From contig JBFIML010000013.1 of assembly GCA_041611735.1 (NCBI GenBank), positions 1-64,000 on the forward strand: a stretch of 64,000 nt of DNA. The letters run 5' to 3'. Position 1 is the first letter of the stretch. Each line of letters opens with the position of its first letter. The notes beneath the pieces are model-generated. The model was not told the origin of the DNA. It ran no database searches and worked only from the letters and a program-made list of their open reading frames with translations. Of the stretch, positions 45,176-54,410 are shown in pieces. Made by a program: the position numbers and the translations under genes. This stretch comes from Myxococcota bacterium. Its GTDB lineage: Bacteria; Myxococcota_A; UBA9160; PR03.

Positions 45176-46480
45176 GTGCTCAACGGCATCTGGCTGGCCC
45201 TCGTGCTCGTCTCGATCCTGTGCGCCGCCTACACGGGGCGCATGGAGGCGGTCTCCCAGGCTGCTCTCGAGGGCGCCCGCCAGGCCGTGGACCTGGTGAT
45301 CGGCCTGGTCGGGGTGATGGCGCTGTTCCTGGGGCTCATGCGCGTGGCCCAGGACGGCGGCCTGCTCTACGCCGTGGCGCGCGCCCTGGCCCCGCTGCTG
45401 CGACGGCTGTTCCCGGACGTCCCCCCGGAGCATCCGGCCATGGGCGCCATGATCATGAACCTGGCCTCCAACGTGCTGGGGCTCGGGAATGCGGCCACAC
45501 CCTTCGGATTGAAGGCGATGGTGGAGATGGAACGGCTGAACACCCGGCCCGGCGTGGCCAGCGACTCGATGGTGCTCTTCCTGGCCATCAACGCCTCCAG
45601 CGTCGCGCTCCTGCCGCTCGGCACCATCGCGGTGCGGGCGGCGGCCGGCTCCACGCAGCCGGCCTCCATCATCGCTCCCACGCTCATGGCCACCACCGCC
45701 TCCACGCTGATGGCGGTGACGACGGCCCTCTTGCTGCGCCGCCTGCCCCGCTTCCGCCTGCCGGATGCCGGGACGGCGTCCCGAACCCCGGCGCAGCCGA
45801 CCGAGGGGAGCGACCCGCAGATCGAGCTCCCGCCCCCGCCGCCGCCTCCGGGGCCCACCCGCCGGCTGCTGGTCTGGGGCAGCGTGACTGCCCTCGGGGT
45901 GGCCCTGGCGCTCCAGGTGACGCGCGCCCTGGAGACGAGCCCGGCCGGTGAGGTCACCAAGGACCTGCTCTCCACCTGGCTGCTCCCCCTGCTCATCGCC
46001 GCGCTCCTGCTGGTGGGTCTGCGAGGCCGAGTGCGGGCCTACGAGGTCGCGGTGGAGGGTGCCAAGGAAGGGCTCGAGGTGGCGGTGCGCATCGTCCCGT
46101 TCCTGGTGGTGATCCTGGTGGCGGTGGCCATGTTCCGGGCTTCCGGCGCCCTGGACTTCCTGATCCGGATGCTCGATCCGGTGACCGGACCGCTGGGCGT
46201 CCCGGCCGAGGCCCTGCCCATGGCGCTCTTGCGGCCGCTCTCGGGCTCCGGCGCCTTCGGAGTGATGAGCGAGATCCTGACCGTCCAGGGGCCCGACTCC
46301 TTCGTGGGCCTGCTGGTGAGCAGCCTGCAGGGCTCCACCGAGACCACCTTCTACGTGCTCGCCCTCTATCTGGGGGCCGCTCGCATCCGCGACGCCCGCC
46401 ACGCCTTGCCCGCCTGCCTGGCGGGCGACCTGGCCGGCTTCGCCATGGCCACCGCGGCCTGCCACCTGTTCTTCGCATGA
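45176..46480 (+). CDS. SpmA/SpmB fusion, Gate (nucleoside recognition) membrane protein
   Basis: LNGIW, NVLGLGNAATPFGLKAM (SpmA); LLRPLSGSGA, GSTETTFYVLALY (SpmB). Confidence 0.9.
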   Translation: MLNGIWLALVLVSILCAAYTGRMEAVSQAALEGARQAVDLVIGLVGVMALFLGLMRVAQDGGLLYAVARALAPLLRRLFPDVPPEHPAMGAMIMNLASNVLGLGNAATPFGLKAMVEMERLNTRPGVASDSMVLFLAINASSVALLPLGTIAVRAAAGSTQPASIIAPTLMATTASTLMAVTTALLLRRLPRFRLPDAGTASRTPAQPTEGSDPQIELPPPPPPPGPTRRLLVWGSVTALGVALALQVTRALETSPAGEVTKDLLSTWLLPLLIAALLLVGLRGRVRAYEVAVEGAKEGLEVAVRIVPFLVVILVAVAMFRASGALDFLIRMLDPVTGPLGVPAEALPMALLRPLSGSGAFGVMSEILTVQGPDSFVGLLVSSLQGSTETTFYVLALYLGAARIRDARHALPACLAGDLAGFAMATAACHLFFA

Positions 46481-46511
46481 GGGGTGTCCGGGGCATCCGG
46501 AGTGTCCGCCC

Positions 46512-47447
46512 GTGCGGGCCATGATCCAGGCGGCCGGCCTCGGCAGCCGCCTGCGGCCCCTGACCCACCTGCTTCCCAAGGCGGCCCTGCCCGTGCGCGG
46601 GGTGCCCCTGGTGGCCTGCACGCTGGCGTGGCTCCATCGGGAGGGGGTCCGGGAGGTGGTGGTGAACCTCTTCCACCTGCCCGAGGCGATCCGCGAGGCC
46701 GTGGAGCAGGAGCGTCCGCGGGGATTGGCGGTGCGATTCTCGCCGGAGCCGGAGCCGCTCGGCACCGGGGGAGCGATCCGTCGCGCCCGCGAGTTCCTGG
46801 CCGCAAGCGATCCATCCCTGATCGTGGCCGGCGACATGCTCCTGGATCTGGAGCTGGGCCCCGCGCTGGCGAGGCACCGGGAGCGCGGAGACGCGGTGAC
46901 CCTGGTGCTTCGGGACGACCATCGGGCGGCTCGATTCGGTACGATCGGGCTGGACGGGGCGGGTCGGGTCCGCCGCATTGCCCGGCGGCTGGACCTGGGA
47001 GGAGAGGTGCAGCGGGGCCTGTATCCGAGCGTGCGACTGGTGGCCGCCAGGGCGCTCGAGACGCTGCCGGACCGCGACGTCTTCGTGGATCTGGACGACT
47101 GGCTGGCCCCGCGGCTGCGGGCGGGCGCCGATGACGTCCGGGGCATCGTGCTCGATCCCGAGCGCTGCGTCTGGGAACCGGTCGGCACGCGGGCCGAGTA
47201 CCTGGGCGTCAATCTGCGCCCCCCCGCCCTCTCCTATCTGGACGTGGACGCCCGCGGCCGGGCGCGAGGGGTGCGCTTCGAGGCGGACCTGGTGATCGGA
47301 GCGGGTGCCAAGCTCGGTGCGGGCGTGCAGCTCCAGCGGGCCGTGGTGTGGGACGGGGAGCAGGTGCCGGATGGGCTCCACGCGCGGGACGGGGTCTTCG
47401 CGGGTGGAGCGTTCCATCCCTGTGCGGAGGGGGAGCCGGGGGCATGA
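46512..47447 (+). CDS. Sugar-1-phosphate nucleotidyltransferase (MurU- or Man-1-P guanylyltransferase-like)
   Basis: AAGLGSRLRPLT..PK, EPLGTGGAI; short C-terminal hexapeptide-like segment. Confidence 0.85.
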   Translation: MRAMIQAAGLGSRLRPLTHLLPKAALPVRGVPLVACTLAWLHREGVREVVVNLFHLPEAIREAVEQERPRGLAVRFSPEPEPLGTGGAIRRAREFLAASDPSLIVAGDMLLDLELGPALARHRERGDAVTLVLRDDHRAARFGTIGLDGAGRVRRIARRLDLGGEVQRGLYPSVRLVAARALETLPDRDVFVDLDDWLAPRLRAGADDVRGIVLDPERCVWEPVGTRAEYLGVNLRPPALSYLDVDARGRARGVRFEADLVIGAGAKLGAGVQLQRAVVWDGEQVPDGLHARDGVFAGGAFHPCAEGEPGA

Positions 47448-48181
47448 CGGAAGTGACGTTCGTGGGGACCAGCGACGCGTTTGGAACGGGCGGCCGCCGT
47501 CAGGCCGCCATCTTGGTGCGCCATGGGGGCGGGGCGGTGCTGCTGGATTGCGGGGCCACCACCGGGACGGGCCTGCAGGCCCTCGGCATCGCGCGCGACG
47601 AGATCGAGGCGATCGTGGTCTCCCACTTCCACGCCGACCACTTCGGGGGCATCCCCCTGCTCCTGCTGGCTGCCCACTACGAGGACCGCCGCCGCAAGCC
47701 GCTGGTGGTGGCGGGCCCACCGCAGGTGGAGGCACGGGTGCGGGCGGCGGCCGCCGCCCTGGGCCACGCCATCGAGGACCGGGAGTGGTCGTTCCCGCTG
47801 CGCTTCGTCGAGCTGCAGCCGGGGCAGGAGATCGGGCTCGGCCCGGTCGGCTTCGACGCCTTCGCGGCCCACCACCAGCAGGACTCCCAGCCCCACGGGC
47901 TCGTGGTGCGGGCAGGCCCCCGCACGATCATCTACACCGGCGACACGGGCTGGTTCGACGAGCTACCGGATCGTACCCGCGGCGCGGACCTCCTGATCAG
48001 CGAGTGCACCTTCTTCGACTTCACCTTCGACTACCACCTGACCTATGAAAAGCTCCTGCCGCGGATGGGCGAGTTCCGCTGCGGACGCATCGTCCTGACC
48101 CACCTGGGGCGGGGCATGGCCGAGCGTCGGGGTCGGCTCGAGCTCGAGACGGCCGACGACGGGATGGTGGTGCGCGTCTAG
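47444..48181 (+). CDS. MBL-fold metallohydrolase (RNase Z-like)
   Basis: SHFHADHFGG, YTGDT, LTHL. Confidence 0.85.
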   Translation: MTEVTFVGTSDAFGTGGRRQAAILVRHGGGAVLLDCGATTGTGLQALGIARDEIEAIVVSHFHADHFGGIPLLLLAAHYEDRRRKPLVVAGPPQVEARVRAAAAALGHAIEDREWSFPLRFVELQPGQEIGLGPVGFDAFAAHHQQDSQPHGLVVRAGPRTIIYTGDTGWFDELPDRTRGADLLISECTFFDFTFDYHLTYEKLLPRMGEFRCGRIVLTHLGRGMAERRGRLELETADDGMVVRV

Positions 48182-49350
48182 GAACGCGCTGCGGGGCTCC
48201 GACCGGGCCCCGCCGGCACGATCTCGCCCAGCACCGTGGCGTGGCGGGCGCCCGTGCAGCGCGGCAGGTGGTTGGGGAGGCCCAGCAGGGCGTTGCGACC
48301 GAGCAGCGAGAAGGCCATGGCCTCCGCCGCCCGCGCCGGAACCCCGGCCGCGTCGAAGGGCTCCACCACCGACTCCGGCAGGGCGCGGCGCAGGGCCCCG
48401 AGCAGCGCCGGGTTCTCGGCGCCGCCGCCGCCCACCAGCACCCGGTCGGGAGCCGCCTCGGGGGCGAGGAAGCGCCGGGTGGCGTCGGCCACCGCCTCCG
48501 CCGTGAAGGCTACCAGGGTCGCCACCAGGTCGTCGGGCGCGCGCCCTGCGCGCCGGCACTCCTCGACGAGCGCCTCCGCCTGGGCGAGGCCGTAGCGCTC
48601 GCGGCCCGTGGACTTGGGAGGCGGACGCCGCAGGAAGTCGTCGTCCAGCAGGCGCGCCAGCAGGCCGCGGTCGATGCGCCCGCGGCGCGCTCGCACGCCG
48701 TCGCGGTCCATGCCTTCGCGACCGTCGGTCAGCGTCCGGACCACCCCGTCCACCAGCGCGTTGGCGGGCCCCACGTCGAAGGCCACCACCTCCTCGGGCC
48801 GGCCGCCGCGGGGCAGCCAGGTCACGTTGGCGATGCCGCCCAGGTTCACGGCGAGGCGCGCCTCGGCCGACTCCGCCAAGGCCGCCCAATGGAAGTAGGG
48901 GGCGAGCGGCGCGCCCTCCCCTCCGGCGGCGAGATCGCGGGGGCGGAAGTCGGCCACCGTGGTGCAGCCGGTACGCTCGGCGACGAGCGAGGGATCCCCG
49001 ATCTGCAGCGTGGCGTGGGCCTCCGGGTGGTGGGCCACGGTCTGCCCGTGGGAGGCCACGCCCGCCACCCGGGCGAGCGGGACTCCCGCGGCCCGGGCCA
49101 CCGCGCGGGCCGCGGCGGCGAATCGCTCGCCGAGTTCCACGTCCAACGAGGCGAGCTCGCGAAGCGTGTCCCCGGCCGGAACGCGTCCCGCCGCCAGGCG
49201 GTGGATGCGCGCCTGCAGCTCCGGCTCGAAAGGGAGTGCCTGGAAGGCGAGCAGGAGGAACGGACGCAGCGCGGCGTCGTCGGGCCACTCGACGAGTGCC
49301 GCGTCGACGCCGTCGGCGGAGGTGCCAGACATCAGTCCGATCACGCGCAT
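48178..49350 (-). CDS. anmK: Anhydro-N-acetylmuramic acid kinase
   Basis: GLMSGTSADGVD, SHGQTV, DFR..D.AAGGEGAPL, NLGGIAN, PPKSTGRE. Confidence 0.95.
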   Translation of the reverse strand: MRVIGLMSGTSADGVDAALVEWPDDAALRPFLLLAFQALPFEPELQARIHRLAAGRVPAGDTLRELASLDVELGERFAAAARAVARAAGVPLARVAGVASHGQTVAHHPEAHATLQIGDPSLVAERTGCTTVADFRPRDLAAGGEGAPLAPYFHWAALAESAEARLAVNLGGIANVTWLPRGGRPEEVVAFDVGPANALVDGVVRTLTDGREGMDRDGVRARRGRIDRGLLARLLDDDFLRRPPPKSTGRERYGLAQAEALVEECRRAGRAPDDLVATLVAFTAEAVADATRRFLAPEAAPDRVLVGGGGAENPALLGALRRALPESVVEPFDAAGVPARAAEAMAFSLLGRNALLGLPNHLPRCTGARHATVLGEIVPAGPGRSPAARS

Positions 49351-49408
49351 GCCGGCTCCTGGCGGGTGCGACCCGTCTCCCCCCAGGGAGATCCGGGCCG
49401 AGGTTTCG

Positions 49409-49437
49409 TTGACAGGTCGCTTCAAGCTCCGAATAAT
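49409..49437 (+). promoter_or_regulatory. Sigma70 promoter driving the putative 6S RNA
   Basis: TTGACA-N17-AATAAT. Confidence 0.7.
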
Positions 49438-49444
49438 GCCGTCG

Positions 49445-49637
49445 GTCTGCCCGGTGCGTCAGGGGAGCCGATCGCTCAACCCGGTGAGACGTGATCGGGA
49501 TCCGTTCCTGGCCGTCGACCGAGCGCCCGCCTGGCGGGACGAAGGGACGCGGCGACACGGAGCCCACCTGGTTCGACCAGGGATTGAGTTCGCTTCCCAA
49601 CGGCCATGGCGGACCGTCCTCCGGGCGCATGGGAGAC
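49445..49637 (+). ncRNA. ssrS: Probable 6S RNA
   Basis: About 190 nt after a strong sigma70 promoter; terminal stem GTCTGCCCGGTGCGTC/GGGCGCATGGGAGAC, inner stem GGGATCCGT/ACGGAGCCC, and a CCCACCTGG-TTCG-ACCAGG hairpin in the central bubble, as in 6S RNAs. Confidence 0.6.
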
Positions 49638-49656
49638 GGGAGAGGGGCCCGAGCCG

Positions 49657-49911
49657 ATGACCGACTCCTCGCGCGCGCAGGGGGGGCTGATCTGCCTGGC
49701 GGCGGTGGCCGCCGGCGCGCTCTTCCTGCTCGGCCTGGCCCGGGGCAGCTACTGGGCGCTGGCCGTCCCGGTGGCCCTCGCCGTCTTCTTCGCACTCGGA
49801 CTGACCTTCTGGGTGGGCTGGACCATCGCCACCATCCGGGTGGAGCCCGAGGGCCTCGCCGGGCCCGATGCGGACGCCGAGAGCGAGCCCGCCGCGGACG
49901 CGAACCGGTAG
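49657..49911 (+). CDS. Small two-TM membrane protein
   Basis: Two hydrophobic helices and an acidic tail; first gene of the glycosyltransferase operon. Confidence 0.65.
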   Translation: MTDSSRAQGGLICLAAVAAGALFLLGLARGSYWALAVPVALAVFFALGLTFWVGWTIATIRVEPEGLAGPDADAESEPAADANR

Positions 49912-49919
49912 CGAGAGCG

Positions 49920-51179
49920 GTGCGGATCGCGCTCCTCACCTACCGGGGGAACATGTACTGCGGCGGCCAGGGGATCTACGCCGCCCGACTCGCCCGCGAG
50001 TGGCAGCGCGCGGGCCACGACGTGCACGTGATCGCGGGACCGCCGCTGCCCGAGCTGGCTCCGGGCATTCCGCTGCACGTGATCCCGAACCAGAACGTCT
50101 TCGGCGTGCGCCATCCGGCGTGGGCGCGGCGTCCGAATCCCTTGTCGCTGCTGTGGCCCGTGAACCTGTGGGAGCTCGGCGTCTCGCGCTTCGGCGTCTT
50201 CCCGGAGATGCAGACCTTCGGCCTGCGGCTGCTGCTGCGCTGGAAGCGCCTCCAGGAGCGGCATCGTTTCGACGTGGTGTTCGACAACCAGAGCCTCTCC
50301 TGGGCCCTGCTGGGATTGCGGGCCACCGGCGTCCCGGTGGTGTCCGTGATCCACCACCCGCTCCACATCGATCGCGAGGCCGACTTCGCCATCGATCCGC
50401 ACCTCGAGGCCAAGCTCAAGCGGACGCTCTACTTCCCGCTCTTCATGCAGCAGCGCGTGGCCCCCCGCCTCGACCGCATCGTGACCGTGAGCGAGGCTTC
50501 GCGCGCGGAGATCCAACGCTACTTCGGCATCCCGGAGAAGGAGATTCGCGTGGTGTACAACGGCACCGACGCGGAGCTCTTCCGCCCGGTGCCCGGCCGA
50601 CGCATCGAGACGGACCTGCTCTTCGTGGGCCGCACCGAGGACCGCAAGAAGGGCATCGGGGTGCTGCTCGAAGCCCTGGCCCGACTGCCCGCCCCGGTGA
50701 CGCTCAAGATCGTCGACGGGCGCATTCCCGAGGACGGGCTCGTGCCGCGGCTGGTGCGCCGCTTCGGTCTGGAGGGACGCGTGGTCCTGCTGCGCCGCAT
50801 GCTGACCCTGCCGGAGCTGGTCGCCGAGTACTCGACCGCGCGTGTGGCGGTGGTGCCGTCCTTCTTCGAGGGCTTCGGCTTCCCGGCCAGCGAGGCCATG
50901 GCCTGCGGGCTGCCGGTGGTGGCCCACGCCGCCGGTGCGCTGCCGGAGGTCGTGGGCAGCGACGGGGAGGCGGGCCGCCTGGTGGCGCCCCGCGACCCGG
51001 CCGCCCTGGCGCAGGCGATCCGCGACGTGCTGGCCGACCCGGCGCGCCTCGCCCGCATGGGCCGGGCGGCCCGCTCTCGGGTGCTGCGCCTGTTCCGCTG
51101 GCGCGACGCCGCCGCACAGCTGGTGGACGTGTTCGAGGAGACGCTGCGTGCTGCTCACCGTCGATCTCCGGCGGCTTGA
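49920..51179 (+). CDS. GT4 glycosyltransferase (ManT-like)
   Basis: RIALLTYRGNMYCGGQGIY, DNQSL, IHHP, EGFGFPASEAMACG. Confidence 0.88.
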   Translation: MRIALLTYRGNMYCGGQGIYAARLAREWQRAGHDVHVIAGPPLPELAPGIPLHVIPNQNVFGVRHPAWARRPNPLSLLWPVNLWELGVSRFGVFPEMQTFGLRLLLRWKRLQERHRFDVVFDNQSLSWALLGLRATGVPVVSVIHHPLHIDREADFAIDPHLEAKLKRTLYFPLFMQQRVAPRLDRIVTVSEASRAEIQRYFGIPEKEIRVVYNGTDAELFRPVPGRRIETDLLFVGRTEDRKKGIGVLLEALARLPAPVTLKIVDGRIPEDGLVPRLVRRFGLEGRVVLLRRMLTLPELVAEYSTARVAVVPSFFEGFGFPASEAMACGLPVVAHAAGALPEVVGSDGEAGRLVAPRDPAALAQAIRDVLADPARLARMGRAARSRVLRLFRWRDAAAQLVDVFEETLRAAHRRSPAA

Positions 51180-51864
51180 GGTCCGCCCGGGCGACCGCCT
51201 GCTCGACGTGGGCTGCGGCGAAGGCCGGCACTGCTTCGGCGCCCTCGAACGGGGTGCGCGGGTGGTGGGGCTCGACCTGGACGCCGAGGCGCTCGGGCGC
51301 TCGGCACGGGCCCTGCGCGCCCGCGCCCGCGAGCTGGACGGCTTCGGCATCCTGCTGCGCGGCGACGCCTTCCGCCTGCCCTTCCCCGATGCCTGCTTCG
51401 ACCGGGTCATCTGCTCCGAGGTGATGGAGCACGTCCACGACTACCGGGCGGCGGCGCGGGAGCTGGCGCGGGTGACGCGGCCGGGCGGCAGCGTGGCGGT
51501 GACCGTTCCCACCGCCACCAGCGAGCAGCTCTACCTGCGCCTGGGCGACGACTACTTCGAATCTTCCGGCGGCCACATCCGCATCTTCCGTCCCCGGGAG
51601 CTGGCCGCAGCCCTGGCCGCCGCGGGCCTGCGCCCGCGGGACGTGGGCTTCGCTCACGCCCTCCACACGCCCTACTGGGTGCTGCGCTCCGCGGTGGGGC
51701 TGGCGCGGGCCGAGGAACACCCGCTGGTGCGGGCCTACCGGACGTTCCTGATCCGGGCCACCACCTCGCGACTGCTGCAACGGGTCGAGCGCGTGCTCGA
51801 CCGCGTGTTCCCGAAGAGCCTCGTCCTCTACGCCCGCCGCGAGCCGGCGTCGAGTGCCGCGTGA
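51148..51864 (+). CDS. Class I SAM methyltransferase (mycobacterial MeT1-like)
   Basis: LTVD..RL, DVGCGEGRH, SEVMEHV, GGHIRIF, AHALHTPYW, HPLVRAY, KSLVLY. Confidence 0.85.
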   Translation: MLLTVDLRRLEVRPGDRLLDVGCGEGRHCFGALERGARVVGLDLDAEALGRSARALRARARELDGFGILLRGDAFRLPFPDACFDRVICSEVMEHVHDYRAAARELARVTRPGGSVAVTVPTATSEQLYLRLGDDYFESSGGHIRIFRPRELAAALAAAGLRPRDVGFAHALHTPYWVLRSAVGLARAEEHPLVRAYRTFLIRATTSRLLQRVERVLDRVFPKSLVLYARREPASSAA

Positions 51865-53195
51865 GCGGGCCTCCGCTGCGCATCGCCTTCGTCTCCTATC
51901 GGGGCAACATGCGCTGCGGCGGCCAGGGGATCTACCTGTGGTTCCTGGCCCGCGAGCTGGCCCGCCTGGGACACCGGGTGGACGTGTGGGTGGGGCCGCC
52001 CCATCCGGATCCCATGCCCTTCGCGGACTCGGTGACTGCGCTCCCCAACGACCAGTTCTGGGGCAAGTGGTTCGCCCGGGATCGCTCGGCGCTGCTGCCC
52101 CGCTCCCGGCCGCTGGGCGTCTTCCAGCCGCTGCGCTTCTACGAGCTCGCCGCCAGCCGGATCGGGTTCCTGCCGGAGCCCTTCGCCTTCAGCGTGCGCG
52201 CCTTCCGCTCCCTGGCCCGCTCCCTGCGGCACGGCCGACGCTGGGACCTGGTGCACGACGTGCAGTGTCTCGGCTGGGGGTTGCTCGGCGTGCAGGCCCT
52301 CGGCCTGCCCGTGGTGGCCACCGTGCACCATCCGCTCTCGGTGGACCGCCGGGCGTCCTTTGCCCGCGATCGCACCCTGCGCGAGGCCCTGGGGACCGCG
52401 GAGTTCTACCCGGTGGGGATGCAGGCCCGGGTGGCGCGCCGGCTCGACCGCGTGATCACCTCCTCCGAGGCCAGCGCCCGCACCATCGCCCGGGACTTCC
52501 GGGTCGCGCCGGCGCGCCTGCGCATGCTGGGCAACGGCCTCGACACGGAGCTGTTCCGTCCCGACCCGCGCCTCCCACGGGCCGAGGCGGAGCTGCTCTG
52601 CGTGGGTCGCGCCTCGGACCCGAACAAGGGGGTCCCGCTGGTGGTGGAGGCCCTGGCGCGCCTGCCGCGACCCGTCCACCTCACGCTGGTGGACGAGGAC
52701 CACCCGCTCAACCCGGCCCGCCTGCGGGCCGGCGCGCTCGGCGTGCTGGAACGCGTGCACTTCACCGGGCGCGTCGCGACGGAGCGGCTGCTGGAGCTCT
52801 ACCGCCGCGCCACGCTGGTGGTGGTTCCCTCGCGCTACGAAGGCTTCGGGCTGCCGGCCGCCGAGGCCATGGCCTGCGGCACACCCGTGGTAGCGAGCGC
52901 TGCGGGGGCGCTCCCGGAGCTGCTGCAGGCCACGGGGGGCGGGCTGCTGGCGCAGCCGGGCGACCCGGAGCAGCTGGCCAAGGCGATCGCGACCCTGCTG
53001 GAGCAGCCAGAGACGCGGCGACGTCTGGGCGCGCGGGGACGCGAGCGCGTGGAGGCCCTCTACGCGTGGCCGCGCGTGGCCGCTCGCACCGTGGCGGTTT
53101 ACGAGGAGGTGCTGGCGGAACGACGGGGCCGACCGGCGAGCACCACCACGTCGGCCCAGTCGGGCAACCAGCGCGCCAGTCGCCCCAGCGTCTGA
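51861..53195 (+). CDS. GT4 glycosyltransferase (ManT-like paralog)
   Basis: RIAFVSYRGNMRCGGQGIY, VHHP, EGFGLPAAEAMACG. Confidence 0.88.
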   Translation: MSGPPLRIAFVSYRGNMRCGGQGIYLWFLARELARLGHRVDVWVGPPHPDPMPFADSVTALPNDQFWGKWFARDRSALLPRSRPLGVFQPLRFYELAASRIGFLPEPFAFSVRAFRSLARSLRHGRRWDLVHDVQCLGWGLLGVQALGLPVVATVHHPLSVDRRASFARDRTLREALGTAEFYPVGMQARVARRLDRVITSSEASARTIARDFRVAPARLRMLGNGLDTELFRPDPRLPRAEAELLCVGRASDPNKGVPLVVEALARLPRPVHLTLVDEDHPLNPARLRAGALGVLERVHFTGRVATERLLELYRRATLVVVPSRYEGFGLPAAEAMACGTPVVASAAGALPELLQATGGGLLAQPGDPEQLAKAIATLLEQPETRRRLGARGRERVEALYAWPRVAARTVAVYEEVLAERRGRPASTTTSAQSGNQRASRPSV

Positions 53196-53893
53196 AGCGC
53201 AGCGTGCGCCACCGGCCCCGGCAGGCGCTCCATCAGCCGCGACCACCCCGGCAGTCCCCAGCCCAGGGAGACGCCCTCCATCGCGGCCAGCTCCAAGTGG
53301 CGTCCCGCCTGCTCCCGCATCAGGCCGAGCTCGTAGCGAGTGAAGTGGTCGGCGGGCACGTCGTAGTGCCGGCGTCCGCGCCGCACCGGCCGCCCCAGCC
53401 GGCGCTCGCCGGCTGCATCCAGCGCGCGGGATGCCCGGCAGGCCAGCGAGTCGAAGTTGGCGATGGCGAGCACCACGTGGCCATCCGAGCGGGTGACGCG
53501 GGCCATCTCGGCGATGGCTCGCTCCGGGCGGTCGAAGTGGTCGAGGGCTCCCTTGCACAGGGTCGCATCGAAGCAGCGATCCGCGAAGGGGAGCGCGTCG
53601 GACCAGCCCCGCACCCAGACCGGCCCCGCCGCGACCGGCTCGGCGCTGCGCAGCCGCGACCACGCGGTCATGCGCTGCGAGGGCTCGACCCCCACCACCC
53701 AGGCGCCGCGGCGGGCCAGGGCCAGGGCGTCCTGGCCGAAGCCGCTGGCCACGTCGAGGATGCGGCGTCCCGCTGCTGCGCGCGCCAGGCCCAGCGTCAC
53801 CTCGGTCATGCGGTCGAACAGGTACTGGCTGTCGCGCGTGGTCCCGGTCGGGATCACGTCGCTCATGTCGCGGTCGAGATCGACGACGCGCAC
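53099..53893 (-). CDS. Class I SAM-dependent methyltransferase
   Basis: ILDVASGFG, ALPFADRCFD, ALDHF, EMARV. Confidence 0.8.
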   Translation of the reverse strand: MRVVDLDRDMSDVIPTGTTRDSQYLFDRMTEVTLGLARAAAGRRILDVASGFGQDALALARRGAWVVGVEPSQRMTAWSRLRSAEPVAAGPVWVRGWSDALPFADRCFDATLCKGALDHFDRPERAIAEMARVTRSDGHVVLAIANFDSLACRASRALDAAGERRLGRPVRRGRRHYDVPADHFTRYELGLMREQAGRHLELAAMEGVSLGWGLPGWSRLMERLPGPVAHAALQTLGRLARWLPDWADVVVLAGRPRRSASTSS

Positions 53894-53937
53894 GGGCGCC
53901 GACGGTAGCCCGAGCCCGGTGCGGCGCGCTCAGGCTC

Positions 53938-54252
53938 CTAGAGCCGGCCCTCCAGGTAGCCCTCGATCAGCTCGATGAGGCCGGTGTCCACTCCGTCGAA
54001 GCACAGACCCACCAGGCCGCGCTGCGGATCGCTCCACGCGACCACCGCCTCCAGGGCCAGCGGCAGGGAGATGCCGGGCAGGGCGAACTCGCTGGTGACC
54101 GGCGTCCGCGTCGGGGGCAGCGGCGAAGTCATGCTCACGCTCATGCCCCCGGCGGAGAGGTCGCGGCCCGAGGCCAGCTTCCTGCGCCCTCGAGTGGTGA
54201 TCTCCACCCAGCCTTCGAACGAGGCTCGGGATCGCCCTCGGCGCTCCTGCAT
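53938..54252 (-). CDS. PilZ-domain protein (c-di-GMP receptor-type)
   Basis: ERRGRSR (RxxxR) and DLSAGG (DxSxxG) motifs. Confidence 0.85.
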   Translation of the reverse strand: MQERRGRSRASFEGWVEITTRGRRKLASGRDLSAGGMSVSMTSPLPPTRTPVTSEFALPGISLPLALEAVVAWSDPQRGLVGLCFDGVDTGLIELIEGYLEGRL

Positions 54253-54410
54253 CCCCTCCTCCCCGTCGCGCTCGAAGCCCGCAGGAGGATCCCTTGCAAG
54301 TTTCGTGCTCAGCTCGCTCCGGGCCGGGGCCGACCCGCTCCGGCGCGTAGGAACACTACGTCCGCGGGGGGGATGGGGAGGGGGGCAGGGAGCATTATCC
54401 TCCTCGATTC

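Noticed and set aside
43570-46480. Equivalence to the Bacillus dacB-spmA-spmB sporulation operon
   Set aside because: The peptidase here is S13/PBP4-type and divergently oriented, whereas Bacillus DacB is S11; no evidence for endospore formation
54295-54310. Sigma54-like motif upstream of the PilZ gene (minus strand GAGCACGAAACTTGCA)
   Set aside because: Lacks the invariant GG at -24 (has AG)
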